From: Eledone cirrhosa
Lineage: Eukaryota
Direction: 5' to 3'
Length of the DNA: 64,000 nt
Assembly: GCA_964016885.1 (NCBI GenBank)
Contig: OZ024742.1
Location: 178,312,001 to 178,376,000 of the forward strand
Shown: piece after piece, positions 41,101 to 53,529 of the stretch
Numbering within the stretch: the stretch's first letter is position 1
Layout of the letters: each line of letters opens with the position of its first letter
Program-made: the position numbers and the translations under genes
Notes under the pieces: generated by a model
Told to the model about the DNA's origin: nothing
The model's input: only the letters and a program-made list of their open reading frames with translations
The model's database searches: none

Positions 41101-44100
41101 GTTGTTGTTGATGGTGTTGCTGCTGATGCTGTTGGTGTTGCTGCTGATGCTGTTGCTGTTGCTGGTATTGTTTTTGATGTAGTGGTGGTGTTGTTCTTGC
41201 TGTTTGTGGTGGTGGTGGTGGTGTTGTTGTTGTTGTTGCTGTTTGTGGTGTTGTTGCTGCTGTTTGTGGTTGTGTTGTTGTTGGTGGTGGTGGTGGTGGT
41301 GTGGTGGTAGTGAATGGTAGATAATATAGGAAGCCTCTACAACCAGGTGGCATGTTCTGTTCTTGAGCAAAACACTTCATTTCCTGTTGTTCCAGTATAC
41401 TCAGCTGAAAATAAGTACTAGCAGTAGCTGAGGTTTAACCCTCAGCTACAGGGGGAAGACCTGTACACCCAGTTGTTTAACACAGATGAAAACTAAAACC
41501 AAAGATAAGCACCGGTCTGACGACCATGATGGCTTGGGACAGACTTTAACTATTTTTAGCTTAAGTGACTATTTCTACTATATAGTTGTGACTTATTACT
41601 TAACCCTTTAGCATTTACATTACTCAATATATACTATTGTATTTTCACAGTAAAAGCTTTATCTCACATAGTATCTCACATAATATCGAATCTATAGGAT
41701 TTTAATATTATTTATTTTGAGAACTATACCTTAACATCTGTATGAGTGGCCAGTTAAAGCCAGTTTGAACAGAAAGAAGTAAGAGAATTCTTGCCGGATA
41801 TGGCCGGTTTAAATACTAAAGGGTTAAGAAATATGTTATAACTACTGACTATTTTCTGCTGTATACTAAAAAAAATATGCTGTTAGAACTGATTATTTCT
41901 ACTGAGTAGCCATGACTCTATACTTGAAAAATATACTGTTTCTAAAAAGTCTGTCTAAAACCTGAAGGCTCATTAGGCTGGTTCTTATTCTGGATTCCTT
42001 GGCATTAAGCAACTAAAGTACAAGACTTTCCCCTGCTGGTACTCATTTTCGGCTGAGTATACTGCAGCAACATAAAATGAAGCATTTTGCTCAAGAACAC
42101 ATCATACAACCCAGTCCAGGCGATAACACAGGATCGAGATCCCTGGTGTTATGCAGAAATGCAGAAGAGCCGCCTTCCTATGTGCACAGGTTGAAGCATA
42201 CATCTTGTGGTCTCTAGCATGCACCACTTCTCAACCCCTCCACGTCCATACACCTCCTACATCCTAACACTCTAGCCTTCACCCACATCCTAACACCCCA
42301 CCCTTCACTAAGTGCCTACCCTAGACCTACCTCTCCAATCCCCACCCTACATACATGCACTTCCCCCACCCCATCCTCCAGTCTACACGGTAAAGTGGCT
42401 GTGTTGATTAACACAACAAATAGCACCCAGTCCATGCTATAAAGTGGTCATGTTGGTGTCACAACTAAAAGTACTCAATCCATACTGCAAAGTGGTCGTT
42501 TTGGTGCCATGATAAAAAGCACCCAGTTTACACTGAAAATGTGGTTGGCATTAAGAAAGACATCCAGCCATAGAAATCAAGGCAGAACCAATTCTATATA
42601 AGCAAGACATGGTCATCTGATCTGACTTGTCTCACAATGGAACAACTCATCTAATCCATGTTAGCATGAAAAAATGGACGTTAAACGATGATAATGATGA
42701 TGATGATATTTCTACTGTTCCATCAAGAGATATAGTTTACTACTGACTATTTCTACTGTACAGTAAAAAAGATATACTGTTAGTACTGACTATTTTCTTC
42801 TATCATGTTTCTCCTGTCCATTTTTCACAAGACTTCCAGTAACAAATATGTCTCTTCATCTTTATAGCAATACAAACACAGGCACCCCTTACCTGTTCAT
42901 CCTGAAGAAGATCGTCAATATTCATTGATGGACCTTCTGATTCAGCCTCATCAGTTGGTGTTAGTTTATCCTGGCCTGCTTGTACCGATTCCTGCAAAAC
43001 AAATGTATAAAAAAAGACTATTAGCCATTTTGCTGTTAACCACTATACTGGCCCTGGTCCTATGAAAGAAAACCACTCATTTTAAAGAATTCCTTTTTAA
43101 ATGTTCCAACGCAATTTTATATAAAAATCTTTTTGTTAAGTTATGTTACAAATACTATCCTAATAACTGTTTCTACTATTGGCACAAGACCAGCAATTTG
43201 AAGGAAAGGAGAAGTCGATTAAATCAGTGTATTACTGGTACTTTATTTTATCAACCTTGAAAGCTAAACACATCAGGATTTGAACTGAGAACATAAAGGT
43301 CCATAACAATATGCCACATAGCATATTGTCCGACACTCTACCAATACTGCCAATCCACCACCCTCACTAACTTAATAAGGAAATAACTGATAATTTTCGT
43401 AAATTCCTTCAAATTCTTCATGAATTAATGGAAATATAGTTTATTTCATTTGAAATATAGTGATGAAAGGGTTAATAATGATTGAGTATTTAGGTTAGAA
43501 CAGAGATATCATTGCACATAGCCCCCACCCCACCTCATGGTTGAGGGTTTCCTGAAAGAGAAAGGGGTATGTGACATAATAAATAGTGGAGGAGGTTACA
43601 CTGAACACATAATAGCTAGAAAATAAAAACAAATTGGAAAAAATTCTGGGAGCTAGAGCCTTAGTTGACAACAAAGGGATGGCGTGTATTGTTTCTGTAC
43701 TCTAGGTGACCTAATTAACAGTGGAGGAGGTTGCTCTTAAAGCATAGTAGCTAGAATAGGGAGGTGAATGAAGATGATGATAGTGATGATGATGACAATG
43801 ATGATGATTACAAAAACACATGCACCCACATGCACAAACCCTCACACACACACACATCCAAGTCTGCCAAAATTACAGAAACAAACAAAAAAACACTACT
43901 TACTTCAGGCTGCTGGATGTAATATTCTGCATAATTCTTCTGCGTGACTTCATTAGCAGATGTTGCCATATGTGGAGAGTCTGATGTTTGTTGCCATGGA
44001 ACTGAAGGGGTAAATACAGGGTATATTGTAGAAGAAAAACTAGGAGGTTGGCTTAATGACCTGTCTGTGTGCTGCAGGGTTCCTGGTTTAGAGTCCAGGG

Positions 44101-44680
44101 AGAAAAAATTTAAACTGGCAGCATTACTGTCATCATCATCATCATCATCATCACTGTTGTAATCAGTTACACCAAGAATACTTTGTTTAACCACAGGTTT
44201 CTTTGGCAGGGGCACTGATGGAGGTTTTTTCTTTGCACCTTCAGCTGCTTCAGGTTTTTTGTTCAGAGTATAAGGGATGAACGTCCGGTTGCTTTGTTTT
44301 ATAGATATGTGTTTTGGAGGAGGAAGGATGTCCAGCAAACGACTTTTTCCCTGTAAATTATATATATATATATATGTATATATCATCATCCTCATCATCA
44401 ACATTTAACATCCACTTTCCCTGCTAGCAAGCTTTGGACACGTCTACATAGACCAAATTATGACTGAAGCAGGGCTACTGACCTCCCAGAGAGGCAAGGA
44501 AGGAGGGGTTGGTTGCATCTCACTTATGTCAGGTCTTATGTTCTATCTACACAACTGAGGGTCCTCCCAATCCTTTGTTTGGCAGGTTTTCTATGGCTGG
44601 ATACTCTTCGTATCACCAACCACTTTATAGTGTGTACAGGTTATGTTTATCGTGTAGATCACCAACACTAGGGAGGCTGT

Positions 44681-44716
<36 letters not shown>

Positions 44717-44723
44717 CATATTT

Positions 44724-44757
<34 letters not shown>

Positions 44758-47700
44758 AAATATGTTCAGAAAGCGGCAGGCGAAGTTTGAAATTGAAATA
44801 GAAATGTAAGGGTTCGCCATAACATTCGACTAAATAATATAGTGTAATAATTGTTTCTACATTTGGCACAAGGCCAGCAATTACCCAGTAGGTTACTGGT
44901 AGTTTATTTTATCGACCCCGTAAGGATGAAAGGCAAAGTTAATCTCGGCAGGATTTGAACTCAGATCGTAAGGGGACATAACTATACTGGAAAGCATGTC
45001 CGACCCTCCACCGATACTGCCAATTCATTGGGGCATATAGACCCACTGAATGGAAAAAGATGACCATTAGCACACATGCCCATCTTTTTCCATTCAGTGG
45101 GTTTATATGACCCATTACTAGACTATAGTGGATTGACAGTATCGGTAGAGAGTCGGACGCCATGCTTTGCAGCATAGTTATGGCCCTTTACGGTCTGAGT
45201 TCAAATCCCGCCAAGGTTAACTTTGCCTTTCATCCTTAAGGGGTTCGATAAAATAAAGTACTTGTAATGTACTGGGATAATTGCTGGCCTTGTACCAAAA
45301 GTAGAAACAATTATTTAGTTAAATGTTACGGTGAAGCCTTATATTGCTATTTCAATATATATAACAACAAAAAAAACACACAGTCCACACTGTAAATGTG
45401 GTTGGTGTTAGGAAGGGCATCCAGCCGTAGAAAACCTGCCAGATAGTCCTATACGAGCGACATGGTCACCCAACCAATCTTGCCTTAAGTGAGACAATTC
45501 CCGTCTAACCCATGCTAATGTGGAAGATAGACGTTAAACGATGATGATGATGATGATGAATATTAAGAAAGATGCTGTGTTTACATAAAATGTTTATGCA
45601 TTATAATTATTTCTATGGCATCCCATATGCAGTCTTTTTGTGTGCCCGACGAGCTTGTCGGGCACACAAGAAGGCAAACACGTTTTGCCTGCAGCATATC
45701 ACATAAACATAAATTCATCTGACATCGCACCTGTACCAGCAACAGATGCAACTACTGCACCTTGATCGCATACGGGACACCATAGGAATAATTATAATGG
45801 ATAAACACTTCATGTAAATACAGCATCTTTCTTAATGTTATTCTCATACTGTATCATCATCATCATCATCATCGTTTAATGTCTATCTTCCACACTAGCA
45901 TGGATATCTCCATTGTAACTACACACTACAAATATAGAGAGCTTTCTCCCAGCTCACACAGATAAACAAATTTTTACTGGATATATATATATATATATAT
46001 GACCATACGTAAGCAGGGTACAGACCTCCTCGGCCTGTCTGAGATGTCAGTGGCCCAGCTTCAGTACTGACTTGGTTTATGTCGACCCATCCAACTCTTA
46101 CTAGCAGGGAAAGCATACCTTAAATGATGATTATGATATATATAAACAGAATAGAGTGGAAATTTTTCAACAAATCATTTGAAAAATTAATAAAAATAGA
46201 ACAAAGTGGAAAATTATAAAAAAGAAATAGAATTCCACAATTCATTTGAAATAAAATGCAAAGTAGTGGAATATCGAACAGAGACAATATAGGGTAGAGA
46301 GAATTCTTCAGTCTTGCCAAGAACATAACTACCTTTCTAGTGCTGGTCATGATAAAATGCACCTAGTACACTATGTAAGGTGTTTGCTTGGTTGGCTGGT
46401 TTGTTGGTTGGTTGATGTTGGGAAGGAGATCAAGCCACAGAAATAATACCAAAATATGAAATGTATGAGAAAGGTATGGTATCTGATGTATCATGTCTCA
46501 GAGCATAGTTACCTGTCTAACCCATGTCAGTATTCAATATCATTCATTACACATTATGACAACATTATACATTATGAGAATGCTTTGAGGCATAGAGTTA
46601 CGGCCCTTGCCATTCTGAGTTCAAATCCCGCCGAGGTTAACTTTGCCTTTCATCCTTACGGGGTCGATAAAATAAAGTACCAGTAATGCACTGGGTAATT
46701 GCTGGCCTTGTGCCAAAAGTAGAAACAATTATACATTATGATAATTGTTTCTACTTTAGGCACAAGGCCGGCAATTACCCAATACATTACTGGTACTTTA
46801 TTTTATCGATCGCGTAAGGATGAAAGGCAAAGTTAACCTCGGCGGGATTTGAACTCGACCGTAAAGGGACGTAACTATGCTAGAAAGCATGGCGTCCAAC
46901 CCTCTACCGATACTGCCAATTCACCGAATGTTATAATAATATTGATTATATGTTACAATATTATGACAATATGATAATTATGATGATATTGCTTGTACAT
47001 TATGATCAATCATTCATTCTTTCCCCGTAATTCCTAGTGGAAATGTAGGGACACCATATTGACATATGGTGCTTCTGGGACATTTTTAAACCTGTCAGAG
47101 CCCGTCTCCTCTCCAGGTCTAAACACAGCAGATTTCTTCCAGAGAAAGACAGAGAAAGAGCTATAGAGAAGAATCGATCCCACCATTGGACTAATAATTT
47201 TGTTATCAACCTCGAAAGGATGAAAACTGACCTCAATAAGATTTGAATTCAGAGAGCGGAGAGCCAGAACAAATACTTCAAAGCATTTTACCCAATATTC
47301 TAATGATGCTACCAATTTGCTGCCTATTATATTATATAGGGTGGTGGATTGGCAGTATCGGTAGAGGGTCGGACGCCATACTTTCCAGCATAGTTACGTC
47401 CCTTTACGATCTGAGTTCAAATCCCGCCGAGGTTGACTTTGCCTTTCATCCTTACGGGGTCGATAAAATAAAGTACCAGTAATGCACTGGGTAATTGCTG
47501 GCCTTGTGCCTAACGTAGAAACAATTATATTATGATAACATTACAATAATGTTGATTTCTAATTTAGGCACATGGCCAGCAAATTTGGTAGAAGTGTAAA
47601 GTTGATTAAATTAACCCCAGTATTTGACTGGTACTTTATTTTATTGACCTCAGAAGGATGATTGACAATGTTAACTTTAAAGGGATTTGAACACAGAATA

Positions 47701-50700
47701 TAAGGAGCCTGTGTGAATACTACAACAGTATTTCATTGACTATCTACCAAATCTGCCAATCCACCACCGTTACTATACTATGATAATATTACAATAACAT
47801 TTATTATACTTGTTTGTCACCTTTTTTTTAATCTTTGCTTCTTTTGCCATCTATTTTCCCTCTCTTTTTCTTCTATCTCTCTGTTTTGTTCCTTAATTAC
47901 ACAGAGTATTAGATATCTCTCCCAGTCTGTCATGGCTTAGCACCTCTATACAGACGTTTAAATTGATTATATAAATAAGTATTAAGTCAATAAATAAATA
48001 AATAAATAAAACTTACAGAGAACTTCATCTTTTTCTTCGTCACCTTTTCTTCTTCATCTGAATCCTGAGATCAACAAAACAATAAGAATTATTGGTACAA
48101 AGCCAGACACTTTTTTTCTTTTTTCTTTTTTGGGGGGTGGGTGGGGGGAACAGTCAATTATATTTACTTTAGTACTTGACTAATTGTTTCTAATTTTGAC
48201 ACAAGGCCAGCAATTGGAATAGAAGGGAAAAGTTGATTTCAATTAACCCCAGTGCATTACTGGTACATTGTTTTATCGGCCCCCATAAGGATGAACGGTA
48301 AAGCTAACCTCGATGGGATTTGAACTCAGAATATAATGGGTTGTAACTATATGCCACCAAAACATGTTGTCTGATGCTCTACCTATACTGCCAATCCACT
48401 AACCTAGTACTTGACTAATAATAACAACTAGCTGACCTCATGAAAATGTTCTGGTTTAATTAGAAACAACCAAGTATTGAAGATATGACATATGCATGTA
48501 TATACATATGTATGGTGGCTGCCAACTCGTTTTCGAGTATGGCCACTACTTTATATCCATGTAGGAGAACCCCTACCGATGCGCTGAACGAGTGTAACTT
48601 TTTAGTCCAGCCAGCGACTTGAAAACTCTGGTACAGACACTACACTTGTGACAATTATTGACACATAGTGCTGGGCCCATGGTACCATGTGATGACAAGT
48701 GCAGAGAGATCTCCAGATATAAAGCAATGCCTGTGCCGTGAAGCTTTTATAGTGAGCAAAGGCACTGCACAAAGCCAGTCCCACTCTCTTAACCAAGATG
48801 ATATTTACCAAAAAGAAGAACAAGTCAACATCATTGGGTACCATCAGGGTTGCAGGTGTTATATCAGTTTTCCTTCTCCTAGAATTCTGCTTTGACAAAG
48901 GCTAAGGGGTCATCTCTCCCGGTGATTTTGGATGGCCATTGACTCTTAAGAGCTCCTTTTCCCTTTGACAGGTCTTGTTTTTAGTCCTGCAGGATGTCCA
49001 AAGTTACCCTCCTCACCAAGAAACCTTGGTGGGGTTGCCAGTTTAGTCGCCAACGACCCAACCATGAGACAGGTTGTATTGGGATACATGTTACCAGTAG
49101 CACCAACTGGTGACCTGACACATATATATATACATACATACATATATATATATATAAAGTGTTTCCGTAGGAAAGGTAAAGGAAAAGAGAGTGCTCTATG
49201 TAGACTACAGAACTTTTTAGTTATGTAATAAACAACATAAGATAATTATTTCATTTACCAAAGGTTTCAAGAAGACAGGTGAGCCTGACATAGACGTCTG
49301 ATTTCGCTCGTCAGTATGAAAATTTATTTAAAATCTTGATATATATCTATATATATAGATATATATATATAGAGAGAGAGATAGATATAGATGTATCATC
49401 ATCATCATGGACGTTAAACAATGATGATGATGATATTTATATATATATTAGCATAAAATACACACAGTTATATAAGATGAACAGCTACATTTTTATTGCA
49501 TTAGCTATGTTGCTGGCATGCAATTTCCTGAATTTAACTAGTATTGCACTTGCAATAGCAGTTTGTGCAACAGATTGGAGAACCAATCTGTTAGTAATAT
49601 GTATGTGAGATGATAAAAAAAACAAAGAATGAACTGGAAAAATTATATGTGTCTTTCAACAAAAACACAGATAAACAGGTAAAAAGTTATGGAAAATGGA
49701 CTTAGCATGTAAAATCTTCATATACACACAAATAATATAAAGAAATCAATGAAATAAAACCATATATGTTGTGATGTTCTTATGCCAGGATTTCTGAATC
49801 TGAAAGGGGTGATTTTTGTTTTTCCAGTTCTGGAACAACAGAGTTATCCTGCTCAGATTTAGTTTCCTTAACTTTTCTTTTGACAAAGGGATGTTTTATC
49901 TCAAAGTATTAAAGACCAATTAAACACAAGGTAACATTCCAACAACTTTGTTATTATTATTTTTTAACATTTAATGTCCTATTTTCATTACTGTAGCTCT
50001 CTAAATAATTACTATTTTCTACACTTTCCACCATGAGGCCTAGTGGTAAGGATGCTAGATTTACAATCATAATGTTGTGGGTTCAATTCCTGGGCTGGGT
50101 TGCGTGTTGTGCTTTTGAGCAAAACACTTCATTTCACGTTGTTCCAGTATACTCAGCTGAAAATGAGTACCAGCATTAGCTGGGAGTTCAACCCTGCGAT
50201 GGACTGGCATCCTGTCCAGGGGCATATCTTGTACTCTCAGTCGCTTCACGCCATGAAACCAGGATAAGCACTGGCTGGCAGTGCACGAGGGCATGCATGC
50301 ATGCATACTTTCTACAAGGTTTCAAGTAAACTACAACACCCTCTTGATTGTTTATTTTTATTTAGTTTTGCTACCAAAGTTTAATTAATGAGTCAAAAAT
50401 ATATCTATTTAATATCTATTTTTCAAAAGTGTACTGCCAATGTGAAAAGTTAAGAAAGTTCCGCCCTCTGGTCTTATGAAAGAATTAAGTTGCTGACAAT
50501 AGGGTTTACAGTATTACAGTAAGAAATTTAAAATACCCACCGAATCCAAAGCTGGGATACTGATTTTCACATGAGAACCTTTCAATAGTGGCAAAGGTTT
50601 GGGTAAAGTTGTTGTCTGTGAAGATTTGGGTTTGACAATATCTTCTAAATCTTCTTCTGAAATCTCGTCACATGGAGCCTGTGTAGTTTGTGGCTTGGGC

Positions 50701-53529
50701 AGAACTAGCAAACAGAAATATAGAAACATTTCAGTTACACAATTATAATATTTTCATCAACATCTAACCCTTTAGCATTTACATTACTCTATATTTACTA
50801 TCATATTTTCACAGTAAACACTTTATCTCACATAATATCGAATCTATAAAATTTTGATATTATTTATTTTGAGAACAATACCTTAACGTCAGTATGAGTG
50901 ACCGGTTACAGCTGGTTTGAACAGAAAAAGGTGAGAGAATTCTGGCCAGATAGGACCATTTTAAATGGTAAAGAGTTAATGTCCATTTTCCCTGCTAACA
51001 AGTGTTGGACAGGTTGTCACAGACTATCAGTACTCAAGCAGAGCTACTGACCTCTCAAGTGAGACAAAGAGCCTGCATTCTACTGGGTGCTCAGGCAGGT
51101 TGGAGGCCCACATCTCACTTACAAAATATTATCACACTCAACTAACAGCTCCATAATAATTCACAGTTAAAATGTATTGAATGGGGCAACAGACATGAAT
51201 AAGGAGTTATTTTAAATAAAGTTAGTCACAGCATTATAAAAAGACAACAACATATTATTTTACTGATGGGAGAGATGGGCAGAGCCTATGATGCGTTTTA
51301 GGGCCTCTAAGATTGGTGGGAGGGAAGGAAATGCTCATCATTCTTTTCAGAGCCTGTGAGACTGATGTACCTGTAATTCAAAGGGCCAGCCTTGCCATAC
51401 ACAGTGTCAGATTGAATCTCCCTGAAAACTACGTCAAGTATACATGTGTCTGTGGAATGCTCAGACACTTGCACATTCTTCAAACAACTGGGAGACCAGT
51501 AATTGGAACTAACTGAAGTCCAAAAGATATATTGCAATGTATTGTTTTCGAGCCAAGGGTAGATTACTCTAGTGCAGGGGTCTTATACTTAAGGAATCAA
51601 AAGGGGCATTACATCTTGGAGAAGAGGCACACCAGACCTAAGTGAGATGTGGGGTGGGTGGGGGGTTTCTATTAGTTATAATGCTAATCTGCAATACAGC
51701 TAACTGGTTGCTATTTATCATTTTATTTTTTCATTAAAATGAATACACATATGATAGTAAGTGGGATGTCTGAATTAGTAAAAAGTGTCGAGGGACAAAT
51801 TTACTGTTTCAAATTTTCATTAATTCCATTTTTATGATTAATAAATTCTCTCTTTTCCTGTTTTCCTTTTTGAAACAAGCTGATGTAGATTTCATTAATG
51901 TTCTTACTAAGAATGTTTTTATTTAAATGGTCCTTTCAGGCTATGATGATGTGCAGGGGATGGCAACTGGCTTGGTAAACATCCACAAAATTATTAACCA
52001 TCTTGCCAACAACAACCCTGAGCACCTTTTTGATTTCCTTGTGTCTAACACACATGGGCATGCCTACAAAGTCAGAAAACAGCACAGCTCCCATGACTTT
52101 CGGAAACATTTGTTCACGCTCAGAGTTGCTGAACCATGGAACAAACTACCTGCATCAGACATTAGCTGTCGAGACACTGCATCCTTTAAAACTTCCATGC
52201 TTCCTGAAATTCGCCAACACTACACCTGATATCCCCCCTCCATACACACGCACATATGTATTTCATGACTCATACACTGTGCATTTTCCTGACATTTGAA
52301 CATTATTATATGTACTATACATGCACCTTTGATGAATTGTAGTGCATCTGAGCACTGTACACAATAATTTCATTAAATCCCGTCGAGGTTAACTTTGCCT
52401 TTCATCCTTACGGGGGTCGATAAAATAAAGTAACAGTAATGTACTACTATAATTGCTGGCCTTGTGCCAAAAGTAGAAACTATTATTATTATTATTATTA
52501 TATAAAACTGGATTCATATTTCTACTTTTCAGTTTTAATCTTGAAGTGATAGGGCCTGGAATATTAAAGTACATTCAACACTTCTCTGAGAATAAACATG
52601 CTCAGACACTGGCTGATGTTAAAATTGATTGTATGTTTCCATTAGGTTAGCAGGTCAAGAATGTGGAAGGGATGAGGAACAAATTACCAAGTTTTAGGAA
52701 AATATTAGTCACAAAAATTGTTCCGCTGTTTTCGTTCATCAAACATATAAATGTATATTGCTCCTATTTGTGGCAAGCTATATAGTGTTTTTATATATCT
52801 AATATATATTATTCAGTGTGCGTCGTGATATTAAAAACCCTCTTCCTAAATCAGCAACAATTCAGGAGACATATGATGGAAAGTGATCTAGCCGTGAACA
52901 TCTGTCTGTTATTATCTTAGCAGTATTTGTTCCGGCTCTTTACTTTCTGAGTTCAAATCCCGCCGAGGTCAACTTTGCCTTTCACCTTTCCGATGTCGAT
53001 AAAATAAAGTACCAGTGGAATATTAATGTTGATTTAATCGACTTCAACCTCTCCCAAAAGATTGTCGGCCTTGTGCTTGTGTCTAAATTAGAAGTCACTA
53101 TTTTTTATCAAACAGCGTGCACACAGGACTGTATTATCAAATATTTCTATAACCTTTTAAGGCTATAAAGCAAGCTTTGACGAAAATTTGTGTTATTTCT
53201 AGCGGATCCAGCGACCTAATAGAGGCTCCCTTCCACTTCAAACATTAGACTCTATTCCTAAACAAAAATAGATACATATTACCTTTAAATAGATTTGTCC
53301 CTGGTAGTTGCTCCTCATCAACAGTAACATGTTTGTCAGATTTAATACCATTAGCTGGTGTTGGTTTTTGTTGGTGTTCAAAGCGATTCTGTTGTTTAGA
53401 ATCGACATTGGTAATACCACTGGCAGCTGTGGTAGTCCTTTGTCCACCTGATAAAGGTATATTATTATGATTATCTTCTTCATCACTGCTGCCACTACTA
53501 TCACTGGAACCATAACCTACCAAAGACAT
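38062..53529 (-). CDS. PRCC: Proline-rich protein PRCC-like; 7 coding exons, 1293 nt, 430 aa: join(53529-53283, 50704-50541, 48064-48017, 44350-43904, 42991-42893, 40971-40771, 38148-38062)
   Basis: N-terminus MSLVGYGSSDSSGSSDEED, internal SRLLDILPPPK...FIPYTL, and C-terminal KHQITYLAYQ/AKEREIELKNQWSQNKMTKRQTQAKYGF* match the PRCC family as I recall it. All six introns are GT-AG. Exon lengths 247+164+48+447+99+201+87 give one open frame. Confidence 0.93.
39622..40110 (+). mobile_element. RTE-clade LINE 3' end (same family as 61692-63380)
   Basis: RCRALEVDGNRGVGRPKMTWDEV..., matching 3' UTR and GATGATGA tail. Confidence 0.88.
40135..40450. repeat. Tandem array of a ~40-bp unit derived from the RTE 3' UTR
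   Basis: Repeated CTGGT.CCATGATAAA.TGCACCCAGTACACT.TGTAAA. Confidence 0.75.
40771..40971 (-). CDS. PRCC: PRCC coding exon 6 (FLRLQGKNRRGKE...KHQITYLAYQ)
   Basis: Acceptor TTTGCAG, donor GTAAGA; conserved PRCC C-terminal domain motif. Confidence 0.93.
41604..41823. mobile_element. piggyBac-like MITE (~220 bp)
   Basis: TTAA on both sides; TIR CCCTTTAGCATTTA / TAAATACTAAAGGG; further copies at 50768-50975 and 54341-54530 (inverted, ends lost). Confidence 0.8.
42893..42991 (-). CDS. PRCC: PRCC coding exon 5 (ESVQAG...LLQDEQ)
   Basis: Acceptor TTTGCAG, donor GTAAGG, 33 codons. Confidence 0.87.
43904..44350 (-). CDS. PRCC: PRCC coding exon 4 (GKSRLLDILPPPK...YYIQQPE)
   Basis: Acceptor TTACAG, donor GTAAGT, 149 codons. 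Confidence 0.9.
44792..45356. repeat. Imperfect inverted repeat containing two SINEs and a central perfect ~21-bp stem
   Basis: Both the flanks and the SINEs mirror each other; centre CCCACTGAATGGAAAAAGATG / CATCTTTTTCCATTCAGTGGG. Confidence 0.85.
45510..45903. repeat. Imperfect inverted repeat (RTE tails plus ~70-bp arms, inner hairpin TGTGCCCGAC/GTCGGGCACA)
   Basis: 45561-45630 mirrors 45768-45837; RTE (GAT)n ends are mirrored outside. Confidence 0.75.
48017..48064 (-). CDS. PRCC: PRCC coding exon 3 (DSDEEEKVTKKKMKFS), 48 nt, absent from the ORF track
   Basis: Acceptor TCTCAG, donor GTAAGT, phase 0/0; acidic then basic linker before the GKSRLL..LPPPK exon. Confidence 0.82.
48513..49119 (-). 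mobile_element. Family N1 full copy in PRCC intron 2
   Basis: Aligns end to end with 4837-5439; CATA/TA-type repeats on both sides. Confidence 0.85.
50036..50278 (+). mobile_element. tRNA-derived SINE family 2 (CORE-like)
   Basis: GGCCTAGTGG A box, GGTTCAATTCC B box, TTGAGCAAAACACTT..CCAGTATACTCAGCTG.AAATGAGTACC core; related copies near 34709, 41350, 41985-42120(-), 61500-61660(-). Confidence 0.75.
50541..50704 (-). CDS. PRCC: PRCC coding exon 2 (VLPKPQ...VKISIPALDS)
   Basis: Acceptor TTTGCTAG, donor GTGGGT; phase matches exon 1. Confidence 0.88.
51975..52372 (+). mobile_element. CR1/L2-type LINE 3' end
   Basis: THGHAYKV..FRKHLFTLRVAEPWNKLP; homologous copy at 57312-57780 (-). Confidence 0.82.
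53283..53529 (-). CDS. PRCC: PRCC coding exon 1 (MSLVGYGSSD...TNLFK)
   Basis: ATG at 53529; donor G|GTAATA; phase 1. Confidence 0.9.

Noticed and set aside
40561-41380. 269-aa polyQ/polyH protein
   Set aside because: Only 40771-40971 is bounded by splice sites; the rest is intronic trinucleotide repeat.
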